Positions 1 to 12,657 of a stretch of DNA of 64,000 bases are shown here, piece after piece. A model generated the notes under the pieces. The model was given only the letters and a program-made list of their open reading frames with translations. It ran no database searches and was not told where the DNA came from. The stretch spans positions 33,852,001-33,916,000 of the forward strand of contig CM119373.1 of the NCBI GenBank assembly GCA_051294905.1, written 5' to 3'. The stretch's first letter is position 1; each line of letters begins with the position of its first letter. This DNA is from Botryllus schlosseri. Its lineage: Eukaryota. The translations under genes were made by a program, and so were the position numbers.

Positions 1-27
1 CAGTCGATAAACTCCATGAATACCACA

Positions 28-51
28 AACAACAACAACAACAACAACAAC
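28..51 (+). repeat. (AAC)8 microsatellite
   Basis: Perfect AAC run read directly. Confidence 0.9.
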
Positions 52-658
52 ATACGTTAAAGCTTAAATGAATGTGTGATGTATATTGCGGGACATAGGT
101 GACTGGACCCTGATTTAAAGTTAATTGCATCATGCATATAGTTTTCATAGTTCAAGTACTTAAAATTATGGAAACTAGACGAATTCCATGAAAATATACT
201 ATACAGTGTACTAGAAGGATAACTCAGATTTTGCGAATAAGCAAATCCGTGGCCACTGATAACTCCCCGCAAAATATTTGCAGCCTCGCACTCAAATAAC
301 ACCCCTCTTTAACTCATTTGTGCCCGAATATCTCACTGCTGTCTACCTACAGTGTATTCACACCGAATTAACATGTAGCCACCTGCTTACAAAGTACCAT
401 TTATCCTTCCTTCTGAAAGACGTAGAAACGGTAGATTACATGGAAAACTTGTATTTCAAATCAGTTACGTCACGTGGCAGTAAACCACAACAAACAAACA
501 AAAATTCACACAATTTCTCGAAATCACATTTCGACAAGTAGCAATTTAACGCCGCGCAAACGGAGCCGGCAATCACAGACGCGAAATTATGAAAACCTTC
601 TGTCCAGAGGATTTGGATTCGACCTTCATCCGCCCGGCTTGAGTATCTCTGAAACCAT

Positions 659-832
659 CTACTCCTCATAGGTAAATTGACATAAAGCACGTCTGAAGGC
701 ATCTCTCGGATGAGCTGCGATGATCTCGCTGTTCTCCAGCTTTTCGCTGATTCTCATCACCAACGGAGCATTGTCTAACCCGATGGATTTCATATGGTTC
801 CATGCCCAGTAATTATTTCTCCATGTTTCGCC
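659..832 (-). CDS. Secreted C-type lectin-like protein, exon 4 of 4 (terminal)
   Basis: Acceptor catctcttccag then GETWRNNYWAWNHMKSIGLDNAPLVMRISEKLENSEIIAAHPRDAFRRALCQFTYEE*. Phase 0 matches exon 3. Ends with CTLD-like ALCQ. Confidence 0.8.
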   Translation of the reverse strand, partial: GETWRNNYWAWNHMKSIGLDNAPLVMRISEKLENSEIIAAHPRDAFRRALCQFTYEE

Positions 833-1343
833 CTGGAAGAGATGCAAGTATTGTACGAAATTGTTTAGAAATAGCCTACAGCCCGTTTAAGAACAGCAAT
901 ACGCAAAAAATAAGGATAGTATTATAGACAATATTGGACGAAATTAGGCTGTACAAATTAGCGACATTTGACAGTATAATGGAATCTAGCAAACAGTGGA
1001 TGTCGCATCCCTCTCAAAAGAAATCCAACAGCCAAAATCGAGTATGTGGATGCAACAGGACTTTGCCTTGTAGAAATATATACATAGAGCCACCAATAAC
1101 AGGTGTACTATCAAAAGACAGCAACAAATTTCTCATTACAATAGAGTTACAATTCTTTGTCTTTTCAGTTGCGTGCTTTTGTCGTAATTACATTCTGGGC
1201 CTTTTTCTCATTTTTGAAACTTCACCTGTTCACGAACTGAAAAGTTTGAATACACTGGTGTAGCCACCCCGAGTTTTCTAACCGCGTTATGTTGTTTTGC
1301 ATTCTCTCTATTCAATGCAATCAAGCTAGCTGTATTGACTTAC

Positions 1344-1465
1344 GTTGTCTCGCATTCCCAACAAGATGTACCGATTGCGGTCCATCATCACGGTAGTGCT
1401 GCCGATGATGTAGCAGCGCACGACTTCAAATGTCTTTTGGTCGGTGATAGTCGCCAGATGCGCAT
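1344..1465 (-). CDS. Secreted C-type lectin-like protein, exon 3 of 4
   Basis: Acceptor ttttttcgtacag, donor gtaagtc. Encodes (N)AHLATITDQKTFEVVRCYIIGSTTVMMDRNRYILLGMRDN, matching the CTLD HLAxI and (W)IGLxD motifs. 122 bp, phase 1 to phase 0. Confidence 0.85.
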
Positions 1466-1689
1466 CTGTACGAAAAAAATATGTTTAATGTGTTCGAGAA
1501 TTGCATATTTTCCCGGTTAGTAGTGAAGCACCTATACTTTTTTCGGAGTGCTCAAGTTAGCTTTACATGCTTGCACTGCATGCTCAAGGGGTTATGTTTT
1601 TAAGCCATATGCATCCACTTCTTCAAATAGTTTTGTAAGCACAGACTTGCTTTGACACTGCGTCTTTTGAAAGTATAGAGTATAGTTGT

Positions 1690-1944
1690 GCGATGAGTGC
1701 GTAATGGTGGAGCGTCTGACTTTTTGATCGGAAGGTCGTGGGCTCGATCCCCGGCCGGGTCAGGCCAAAGACCTGTTTAGTAACACTGGTATCTATGACG
1801 CCCCTGCTTGGAGCTCGTGCATTACTGGGATAGCATGGAGGGGAGGTGCAATACTTAGAAAGCCGTAAAAGGCTATATCTAGACCTTCCTTGTCCAGCGG
1901 CATAAGCACAAAATGATCCCATGGTATGCATATGCATATGCATA
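1690..1944 (+). mobile_element. tRNA-derived SINE
   Basis: tRNA-like head with A-box-like TGCGTAATGGTGG and B box GGCTCGATCCC (1741), a body with CCGGGTCAGGCCAAAGAC...CCCTGCTTGG resembling invertebrate SINE central domains, and a (CATATG)n tail. Confidence 0.75.
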
Positions 1945-2196
1945 GATCGCGTGAATTTATATCACGAGTCGGTGTATATGCCGCAAAAATCATCTAGGAC
2001 AAAAATAAACTACGTCCTTTCCTTTCATAACGACCGCGAAAATCGACCTTGAATCACGGTTACTGTATATAATTCCGAAGCTTATAGATTTTTGACTATC
2101 TTTCGGGTCATTATTCATTTAGCAATAGTCGTGAGGATACGGGATCTAATTACGGAAGTAGAGCCAACTCCAGTTAACTGCTTAAAGCATGCGACC

Positions 2197-2768
2197 CAGG
2201 GTTGTAATGACTCGAGTCATGACTCGACTCGAGTCAGTCTCGAGCCACGATTTTCGGATGACTCGACTCGACTCGAGTCATTTTCTCAAAATACGGAAAT
2301 GACTCGACTCGACTCGAGTCAATCTGTGTATTGACTCGACTTGGACTCGAGTCATTGCGCATGACTCGAAGCAAGTCATTGACTCGAGATTCAGACGGCC
2401 AAGACCGACATTTCACTGGAGTTTCGAAGCCAACACACTATTGGGATTTCGTTTGTTGGTTCTGGTGCTTGAAAATGCGACCAGAAACTGCTAAAAGGGA
2501 GGAAAATTGATATATTATAAATGCGAACCATTCAATATCACCAAACAGAGTTAAAAAGTGGGTTTACGAAGACTTTAACTGGAAACTGAGCAGTCAACAC
2601 AATGACTTGGACTCGGACTCGAGTCATAATACCATGACTCGGACTCGATCCTCTGTTCGCTGACTTAGACTCGGACTTAACTCGGTGGGAAGTGAAAATG
2701 ACTCGAGTCAAAAATATAAAAATGAGATTGATTGTGACTCGGAGCCTTGTGACTTGGTTACAACCCTG
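2197..2768. mobile_element. hAT-type MITE, GACTCGAGTC-motif family
   Basis: TIR CAGGGTTGTAA/TTACAACCCTG, many subterminal GACTCGAGTC motifs, flanking TGCGACC(C) duplication. Confidence 0.85.
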
Positions 2769-3479
2769 TGCGACCCCCCAACCAAATTTACTTTTTGAGA
2801 CTACACGTGAATACTTTTCAAAACTTTCAAGTAGTTCTGACACGTCTTGAAAATTAATACTTCTACTCATATTTACCTACTTGAGTAGCGACGCTGACCA
2901 TATATGTACATGTGTTACGCATACACCTCACACTGCAATGCAGTACAACTTCACAATGCTACGATTAGTGCGGATGATTCCATTCTCTTGATCAGTGATT
3001 CCCAAGTGCGGCCCCGAGGGCCGCATGCGGCCCCCAGATAGCCTTCCTGCGGCCCCCAAAATATATTCAGAAATCGATTTATGACAAAAAATAAAATTTA
3101 TATTTATAAAATACTCTTTTGCTAGGCTTGGCCTCTGTAGTTTTTAATTATACAATTGCAGGAAAGTTGTGAGTATAGACTGCTAACGTCACGTCACTGC
3201 TGTTTCAATGCAATGTGCCCTAAGTTTCCAGTTGAACGAGCAGTAGCTATAGATATAAATAGGTATTGATAACTTTCAAAACCGGAGGAAAATCCTGAAA
3301 AAAATGGTAAATTTTTCCTACTTCGTGGTCGCTTGACTAAAAAAGAAAAAGAGGCTTAACTCCCAGAAAATACAGTTTTACTTTCACATTAACAGGTTAT
3401 TGACTGAAAAAAAAGGTAAACTTTCCGGTTCAGCTCCCGAAATATAGCCGCCGTAGCGTTCCTACAGTGCTGACTTAAT

Positions 3480-3633
3480 GTATATTAGTCGAATTTGGCC
3501 CTATATGTAACCAAAATCCTCAAAAAAGAAGACAAAATCTCAAAAAAGAAGACATTTGGACGTCCTCCGGGGAGACTTTAAAAGAAATCAAAAAAGAGGA
3601 CAAATCATCTTAAGAGGACGTATGGTAACCCTG
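3480..3633. mobile_element. Orphan right end of a hAT-like element
   Basis: Ends AAGAGGACGTATGGTAACCCTG, related to the TAGGGTTGCCATACGTCC end at 12658. No partner end found. Confidence 0.55.
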
Positions 3634-3680
3634 TGATAACTAGATGTGCAACACGGGACTCACGGTTGAATACGCCGTGA

Positions 3681-3788
3681 CAGACTTGGACAACTAGATA
3701 ATTCTAGCTGTCTAATTTCACTAAATTAGATCGAAATGCCAGTAATCTAATTTGGAAAAGCTGAAATTTTTCTAGTTGTCCAAGTCTG
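3681..3788. mobile_element. 108-bp hAT-type MITE
   Basis: 18-bp perfect TIR CAGACTTGGACAACTAGA; flanks CGCCGTGA/CGCCGAGA (7/8). Confidence 0.8.
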
Positions 3789-3845
3789 CGCCGAGATGCA
3801 TACTGCTTAGCCGGCTAAAAGCATCATCATCGGTAGTTCTATAGT

Positions 3846-4665
3846 CAGGGCCGTAACTGCCGCACCCCAAACCCCCCAATTGAGGGGGGCCGAGCTCGAA
3901 GGGGGCCCAAAATTATTTCGTGAATTAGCATAAATTATAGAGTATTTTTTGAAAATTTATGCAACTTTTTCAGAAGTTTTCCGCGCCATGCGCGATTTCA
4001 ATTCGCCACATATCTTGATTATTGGGTACTCTTCCCCAAGAAAAAATACGTAAGATTTATAGAAATGGGCATATCAGCATTGGCCATGACCGCACCACAA
4101 CGCACCAAGACATATAAAGTTTTAGGCCATGTAACATGTGACTCCAAGAAGTGTGTCAGAGCGATCGGCAGCGAGAAAGCCTTGGCCGTAAAGGACTGCT
4201 TTTATGCAGATTAAAAACTTCGAAATACCAAAAAACTTTGTTATATATACAAAATACATATAGGTTTAATTGTCCATGTAGGCGCCTAAATGACGGCGCC
4301 GAATTTTCTTGTCTTGGCAAACTGAACCTCACAAGACAATTACCATCCCGCAGTAAAGACAATTATATGCCAGTGAAGAAATGCCAATCTGAAATCGTGT
4401 GATCTTTCAGTTTAGTAGGTTTGGGCAATTCTACATTCTTTTATATAGCGGACAGGAGGTCACGAAATAACATTATGTAATGAAGTCGTACCTAGGGGTC
4501 CGCCCGCCCGAAGATGTTTAATTTTACGGGGTCAGCAGTTTCAAAGACACCTCTCACTCAGCTCTACCGGTAAATCTGATTATGTGGGCAAAGAGGACAA
4601 TAATGCAATTCCCGATCTTATTCACCGATTTTATCATGAATTATGGAAATATTCGCACGACGCGC
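3846..4665 (+). repeat. Dispersed repeat (element X), interrupted by the foldback element and resuming at ~17074-17460
   Basis: Starts CAGGGCCGTAACTGCC with GGGGGCCC motifs and aligns with 27474-28460. The module cacctcactcagctctacc...gaaatat occurs at ~4550, ~17235 and ~28150. Confidence 0.6.
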
Positions 4666-7600
4666 TAGTAGTATATAGGATCGGTCGCGAATCGCCATTG
4701 GTTCTTATGGGCCCGCTCGCACATCGCCGTGAAAACTCGTGTTGGCATATCGCGCTTTTAGACCCCCCCCCTTCCGCTCGCACATCGCCGTTGGTTCTTA
4801 TGGGTGCGCTCGCATGTCGCACTTTCAGGTATAGGCATCTCTCGCACATCGCCGTGAAAACTCGTGTTGGCATATCGCGCTTTTAGACCCCCCTTTCCGC
4901 TCGCACATCGCCATTGGTTCTTATGGGCCCTCTCGTGACTTGCCGCGAAACTCGTGTTGGTGACCACACCCTTTTAGACCCCCTATCGCTGGTGACTTGC
5001 CATTGTTTCTTATGGGATCTCTGGTGACCCCACCCTTTCAGGTATAGAGCCCGCTCGTGACTTGCCGCGAAACTCGTGTTGGTGACCACACCCTTTTAGA
5101 CCCCCTATCGCTGGTGACTTGCCATTGTTTCTCTGGTGACCCCACCCTTTCAGGTATAGAGCTCGCTCATGACCTGCCGTGAAAACTCGTGTTGATGACC
5201 ACACCCTTTTAGACCCCCTATCGCTGGTGACTTGCCATTGTTTCTTACGGGATCTCTGGTGACCCCACCCTTTCAGGTATAGAGCTCGCTCATGACCTGC
5301 CGTGAAAACTCGTAGTGATGATGGTACCCTTTCAGACCCCCTATCGCTCGTGATGTGCCAATGGTTCTTATGGGATCTCTGGTGATGTGTCATTGTTTCT
5401 TACGCGGTCTCTGGTGATGTGCGATTGGTTCTTATGGGATCTCTGGTGATGTACCATTGTTTCTTATGGTATCTCTGGTGACGACACCCTTTCGGGTATA
5501 GGCTGCGTCGGTGATGTGCCTGTCATGTATTCTTACGGGATCTGTGGTGATTCGCCATGTGTTCTTGTGGGTGTGGCGGTGATTCGTACTTTCGGGTATA
5601 TACATCTCTCGACCGGTGTTGAATATGTATCAAGTAAATAGTCATGTGAATGAATCTTTGTTAATGTGTATATCGTGCCGCACAAACGGAAACGCTGTTT
5701 GTTGTGAGGATTAAGCAGTGCGACCTATATTTCGAATGACCTGCGCGCTGAATTGTTTCCGTGCAGTCGTGTGCTACTATCGATTATTACACTAATGCAG
5801 TCAGTGCGAAATAGTTTGCTAAATCTAGGAATCAGTCGCATGGTGTTACTTTAGTAATTAGTTTACCACAGAACCGGCGTAGCCGGTGATTCGAATACCG
5901 ACAAATTTTCACTTATTTCTGACCCAACCCGAATCCTCTGCGAAGTTGACGCTTATTCAAAAAGGTGTGAAATAATTGTAAAATCCTAATCCGAAACCGA
6001 TTATTTCGTCTTTGGCGTAGTGTGCATTGAAATAGGATTGACAAACATGACTAGCAACTTCCCCACAGTCCCGTTTCGATATTATACACACATTGATTTG
6101 AAACAAGTAATGTAACATTACAACTCTATTCCCGATCCAGCTTTCCGTTTGTCAAAGAGACATTTTAACATCTTACCATACTCAAAAGAATTATTCACAA
6201 CATTAACAAGTGTTTAAAATCTAGTTTTCACTTACTTGGCTATATCAGTACAACTCGCAAACTTGAATTAATTCATCTGGTTGTATTGATAGGACCGATA
6301 ATTTTTATCCAACTGTAAAGTTCGTTATACTATTCTGTAAGACAGAGTATTTACTAATCGGTGCATATACGATTTGACTTGGGCATATTATATTTTGAGT
6401 ATACGAGATTTGAGTGTCAGAACAATAACTGAGAATTAAATTATCACAATTGAATCCATATACGACAGCGTAAAAGATATTGGGATGTCAGCATCTCTTT
6501 ACGGTTATAGTTACAACCACATTACCTAATTTACCCGACCAACTCGTCATGATCATTCCCGAAATCAACACAAACATGACTACTGACTTGAGTCAACCAC
6601 AAAACAGCATCAAGTTTTAAATCCGCTTGTAGCTTACGGCTTATTTGAATGCGGTTTATGTTTTGTTGTAATTAAGTGTACGGAAATAGTATTACGTCTC
6701 GACATCTCACCATCTTACCATACTCAAAGAGTCAACCACGAAAACATTTTCAAGTAAATCCGTTTGTAACTTACCCAACCAACTCAAACAGTATCAGTAT
6801 GAAAAACAGCCAAACATACACGAATCCATACAATCACTAAAACCTAAAATCCATAACAAGCCTGGTTGTATTCATATATCCCTACACATCTTTTTTTATT
6901 CAGCTTGAAAAGTCGTTACTATTCTGTAAGATAGAGGAATTACTACGCGGTATATTCTGCAAGACAAACTAATTACTACTCGGTATATTTTGTAAGACAA
7001 AAGTAATTACTTCTCAGTGTCGGCGACTTGAGATTAACATAATATGTTTGAGTATACGAGATTTGAAAGTCCGACCAACGTAGTTGAGAATTCATTTCTT
7101 ACAATCGAACGATGGTGTTATATTCAAAGTTATCATGCTGTGAACATAAGGATTGACACATTGATTTGACATATGAGATTTGTAATAGTTGATCATTACT
7201 TTATTATAAAATTATTTGCGTTAATTAGACCCGGCGTTGTGGTAAATGTTATGACAGCAACAGACTTTTCAGTACCAATGTTATTAACATATTAAGCTGT
7301 AAAACTATGTGTGTCTGAAATGTTCTTGATAGGAAAATTGCTCCACCTTGGTAAAAATCACTCTGCGTATCGCGGATATCAGAAAATATTTCCAGTAACC
7401 AAGACTAAAGATGAAACGACAATATCGGTATTATTACATTCAACAATCAGTACAATTATTAAAATCTATCGTTTGCGATAAACAGCACTAAAGATGTAAT
7501 AATTCCAGTATTCATACATTGAACATCCGATACAAAATGCTTTATTATCCCGATTCCCAACGGGTAATTGAAACGACTAAGTGTAGAATCAGTATATCAA

Positions 7601-8702
7601 AATATCGTTACTATTGAATCCAACGATTTATTGTCGGAATTTGTGACAGAGAATTGAAACATATGCACTTTACAGAGTGTGAAAATATCACTTTGAGTAT
7701 CGAGTACCGTTCGAAGCTAGCGATCAATTCTTAATCATTTCAGTAACTCCCCATTGTGCGTGCTAAATGTAAAATATCGCGAGGTTATACACTCTAAGAC
7801 TTTGATTATTGCAAAAGTAAATTGTGATATGTTTGTTAGATGCATCCAATTCAACTAGAAGTGTCTAGTGCCCAACACTCGTAATATCGAAAAAGTACTT
7901 GCCACACTGTTATTTGCTAAACGTGTTTTGCATTGTTGTTCATTTCTAGTATTGATTGAAATCATTCTCGAGCCCTCAAATAATAATTCCCGACATGAAA
8001 CCAAGCCGCTGAAAGTCGTCACCATCACGAAGAAACAATGTGTACGATGTTTGTCAAATGTGTCCTACCTGACCAACAGAAAACAATTTTCACTCACTCG
8101 AAATGAAACCAATGTGATGGTCTCCATTCGATATTTTGTTTGTGTCAAATACTTTGCAATGAACACATTTGCGTGGTTGAGCTTTACATCATCAAGCTGT
8201 TATTTGTAAATCAAGATTTCAGTAAACTTGTAAATGTATCGTTTAACTAACCGACATTTAGTGATTGGGGAACATACCAAACGATACACATCCATCTCCG
8301 AAATACTGCATTGATCTTAATTTCCATCATCGTGATAATCGAAGTACATTTCTTTCGAATTCGTAACAACCGGTGTTTCTACGACACGATAAATTTTTGA
8401 CAAGTTATGCTTAGAAGATTGGTTGCATATCGCGAAAAAAATAATATACCTCTCATATTGACACTGTTACTCCATTGATCGATATTTTCAAACGAGTAAA
8501 ATTTATTACTTTAGTTTCTCCGCTTAATGTAAATGAAAACTCAGCCGTCTTTTAACATCACAAAGACATTGATAAAAAGTAGGCAATCAAACACAACACT
8601 TTGTACGACACTAATTATTGTTCCACACATCTCATTTCATACTAAGTGTATACGAAAGATATTCACGACACACGAAAATATTCCCATGCTACAAACCTGT
8701 AC
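4666..8702 (+). repeat. Left arm of giant inverted repeat
   Basis: Inner end ...ctacaaacctgtac pairs with gtacaggtttgtag at 11147. Confidence 0.9.
4690..5560. repeat. Modular ~26-33-bp minisatellite in the outer arm (mirrored at ~16030-17050)
   Basis: Shuffled monomers such as tcgccattggttcttatggg, gaaaactcgtgttgg, cttttagaccccc and ctttcaggtatag. Confidence 0.85.
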
Positions 8703-9509
8703 CTTGTAATGTTACAACACGATAACACCATCGAGTAAATCAGTGAACGGTGCCAAAATATCGATGTAATAGCGCGGACTCAGAGTCATTGCAATGTGGC
8801 TTATTGGTATTGTTATCGGGTGTGATGACATTCGATCTACATCAAAACTACCGGCTATGATATTGTCTGTGGATCGATGTTTGTATACCAACACATTGCA
8901 TGCAATGTCACACACCTCCATTTACGCGTATACTGATGTGGGCAAACAAGCGCGACGTATGTCTGGATGGTATTTTTTCGTGGAAACACAGGGTGTAACA
9001 TGTTTACTTTGAATATTGTTCATTGGTTTATCGATTCAGAGTTGATATCCGGATCCGGTTACATACTTTATCAGGGTTTCCGATTTCAAACTGAATGTCG
9101 AGACATACATGACCAACAAAGACACAATATAGTAAACACGCGGGGGAAAACTCGACCTGGAGTTGCTATCGCGATGGGTGACATAAATCCAACCGTTATC
9201 CACATACCAACCATCGTCAAGGAGGTGTTTTATTCAGACATTTTGACTCTGGAAAATCCAAAGCACGAACCCGGACATCACAGAACTATCGAAGCCTATT
9301 GTCCAATTTTCCAAAAACATAAACGTCGATGTACAACAGCACATTGCATGTGGGTAACCGATGATTTTGATGGGTTGCATCAGCACAAGTGAATATGCGA
9401 TTACACAAATGTATTGGAGTTGTTGTTGGTGTATATTTTGTCGCTATCCGTTGTAACAATATACAAAAATATCAAATTGTCAGGTGTGTTTGTCAGATTT
9501 CAAAACGAA

Positions 9510-10015
9510 AAGGCTATTGTTACCCAGGGAAAAGATAGATTTCCAAGTGAAAACGGTATTGGTACTCGGGTAAACGACAGATTTCCAAGTGAAAATGTAT
9601 TGTTACAATGGGTAAACGCCAGATCTCCAAAGAAAAATGATATTTTACTCAGGTAAACGACGACCCGCCGAGTGAAATGGTTTGTTGCTCAGGGAAAAAA
9701 TATATTTCCAAGTGAAAATGGTCTGTTGCTCAAGGAAAAAATATATTTCCAAGTAAAAATGGTCTGTTGCTCAAGGAAAAAATATATTTCCAAGCGAAAA
9801 AGGTTTGTTACCTGGGGGGGGGGAAATATATTTGCAAGTGAAAAAGGTTTGTTACCCAGGGAAAAATAGATTTCCAAAGGAAAGGGGCTTGTTACTCTTG
9901 GAAACGATAGACCCCCAAGTGAAAATGTTTTGTTACTCTGATTAAACGATAAATCTCCAAAGAATAATAGTATTTTTACTCAGGTAACGACTGACCTCCA
10001 GGTGAAAATGGTAAT
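9510..10015 (+). repeat. ~41-42-bp minisatellite (~12 degenerate units) in the foldback spacer
   Basis: Repeating ttgttactcngg(t/a)aaa...agatttccaagtgaaaatg. Confidence 0.8.
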
Positions 10016-12657
10016 TTTACTTGGGTAGGTATCGTATGTTTAGTGTCGTTGGTGTTGTTAAACGTAGCTGTCGAGTTGTACAATATACTTGTCATGAGTC
10101 TACAATTACGAAAGGAGAGAATGAAATTGCTATTATGAGTGCCAGAAGGTTGTTGTATGTAGATTTGACAGTAACCCTATCATTCGCATATGACAAACAC
10201 AATCATGGTCATTAACTAACTTGCTCGGTCTCGATCAATGCCAAAGAGATGATTAGTTTTTTGAAACCGTAGCGAAGACCACATGTAAATCTATGCGATA
10301 GACTTCTATCTCCTTACATTCAGTCGCGTCGTGTCCATTTTAATACGGATCCCACATATATGACATGCACACACTAACGCCGTAAACAGAAGTCGATGAT
10401 TTTGATTAATAAAAATATTTCTTGACTACATCGGAATGTCTATGTTGTAGAAAGTAAATACTTTTATGGTGTTGTGTGTTTAATGAAAGCGATTGGTTAC
10501 AAGTATGTTTTGGCGGAATAAAATTTATTTTTCTGTATGTGACAGTTTGTGAGGAAATGAAAATAGATTCGTGGTTTTAATTGAATTGTGACTGTGTTGT
10601 TTTAATGTACGTTTCAACAGGTAGACTTGACACTGAACAACAATTCGACACACAAAACATATTCGTTGTATGATTTGTCACAGGTGCTCAAAGGGTTAGG
10701 AATATTTTTGTATGATAATATCTTCTAGCTGTTTTGTTGTGAGGGCAATCATGTGATGACTCAGCACTTTTCGTTAGCAAAGTAGATTGATCTATGTGAA
10801 AGATGGAAGGACCGTGACTAGAAAACATATGTACTTTCTTGTTGGCGTAGCTGATTTACTGCTATGGTATTGACATAACCCTCTGGAAGTGAGTATGCTT
10901 TTCTTCCACGAAAGTTTACGTGGTTCCGTTGTAATAAATTTGTGTTAACTAAACTCGGATGGATACCGCAATTGTGCTGGACTTACACATGGTATTCGCA
11001 TACTGTACACATACAAACTTTTGTGTAAACAACTCTGATGTTTCTGTTAGTACGAGTTCTGTGTTGATTATTAAGATACATGAACACCCGTTCAGACAAT
11101 AAAGTTCTTGTGATATCGAAACAGTTTGTAAGCACCACCAATCATTGTACAGGTTTGTAGCATGGGAATATTTTCGTGTGTCGTGAATATCTTTCGTATA
11201 CACTTAGTATGAAATGAGATGTGTGGAACAATAATTAGTGTCGTACAAAGTGTTGTGTTTGATTGCCTACTTTTTATCAATGTCTTTGTGATGTTAAAAG
11301 ACGGCTGAGTTTTCATTTACATTAAGCGGAGAAACTCAAGTAATAAATTTTACTCGTTTGAAAATATCGATCAATGGAGTAACAGTATCAATATGAGAGG
11401 TATATTATTTTTTTCGCGATATGCAACCAATCTTCTAAGCATAACTTGTCAAACATTTATCGTGTCGTAGAAACACCGGTTGTTACGAATTCGAAAGAAA
11501 TGTACTTCGATTATCACGATGATGGAAATTAAGATCAATGCAGTATTTCGGAGATGGATGTGTATCGTTTGGTATGTTCCCCAATCACTAAATGTCGGTT
11601 AGTTAAACGATACATTTACAAGTTTACTGAAATCTTGATTTACAAATAACAGCTTGATGATGTAAAGCTCAACCACGCAAATGTGTTCATTGCAAAGTAT
11701 ACAAAATATCGAATGGAGGCCATCACATTGGTTTCATTTCGAGTGAGTGAAAATTGTTTTCTGTTGGTCAGGTAGGACACATTTGACAAACATCGTACAC
11801 ATTGTTTCTTCGTGATGGTAACGACTTTCAGCGGCTTGGTTTCATGTCGGAAATTATTATTTGAGGGCTCGAGAATGATTTCAATCAATACTAGAAATGA
11901 ACAACAATGCAAAACACGTTTAGCAAATAACCGTGTGGCAAGTACTTTTTCGATATTACGAGTGTTGGGCGCTAGACACTTCTAGTTGAATTGGATGCAT
12001 CTAACAAACATATCACAATTTACTTTTGCAATAATCAAAGTCTTAGAGTGTATAACCTCGCGATATTTTACATTTAGCACGCACAATGGGGAGTTACTGA
12101 AATGATTAGGAATTGATCGCTAGCTTCGAACGGTACTCGATACTCAAAGTGATATTTTCACACTCTGTAAAGTGCATATGTTTCAATTCTCTGTCACAAA
12201 TTCCGACAATAAACCGTTGGATTCAATAGTAACGATATTTTGATATACTGATTCTACACTTAGTCGTTTCAATTACCCGTTGGGAATCGGGATAATAAAG
12301 TATTTTGTATCGGATGTTCAATGTATGAATACTGGAATTATTACATCTTTAGTGCTGTTTATCGCAAACGATAGATTTTAATAATTGTACTGATTGTTGA
12401 ATGTAATAATACCGATATTGTCGTTTCATCTTTAGTCTTGGTTACTGGAAATATTTTCTGATATCCGCGATACGCAGAGTGATTTTTACCAAGGTGGAGT
12501 AATTTTCCTATCAAGAACATTTCAGACACACATAGTTTTACAGCTTAATATGTTAATAACATTGGTACTGAAAAGTCTGTTGCTGTCATAACATTTACCA
12601 CAACGCCGGGTCTAATTAACGCAAATAATTTAATAATAAAGTAATGATCAACTAGTA

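Noticed and set aside
436-702. 88-aa ORF overlapping the lectin stop
   Set aside because: Different frame from the spliced CDS; it lies mostly in the 3' UTR and has no homology cue.
1690-1765. Functional tRNA-Lys gene
   Set aside because: The acceptor stem does not pair, the anticodon loop is altered, and the sequence runs into a SINE body and tail.
5010-5393. ORFs in the outer-arm repeats (also 4634..4873, 16346..16720, 16650..16943)
   Set aside because: They are translations of the minisatellite, mirrored in both arms, with no domain signal.
8967-9392. 141-aa spacer ORF as a transposase remnant
   Set aside because: No DDE, zinc-finger or other motif recognisable in any frame I translated.
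4690-10015. CRISPR-like arrays in the tandem repeats
   Set aside because: Units are degenerate and contiguous with no unique spacers; the context is eukaryotic and no cas genes are present.
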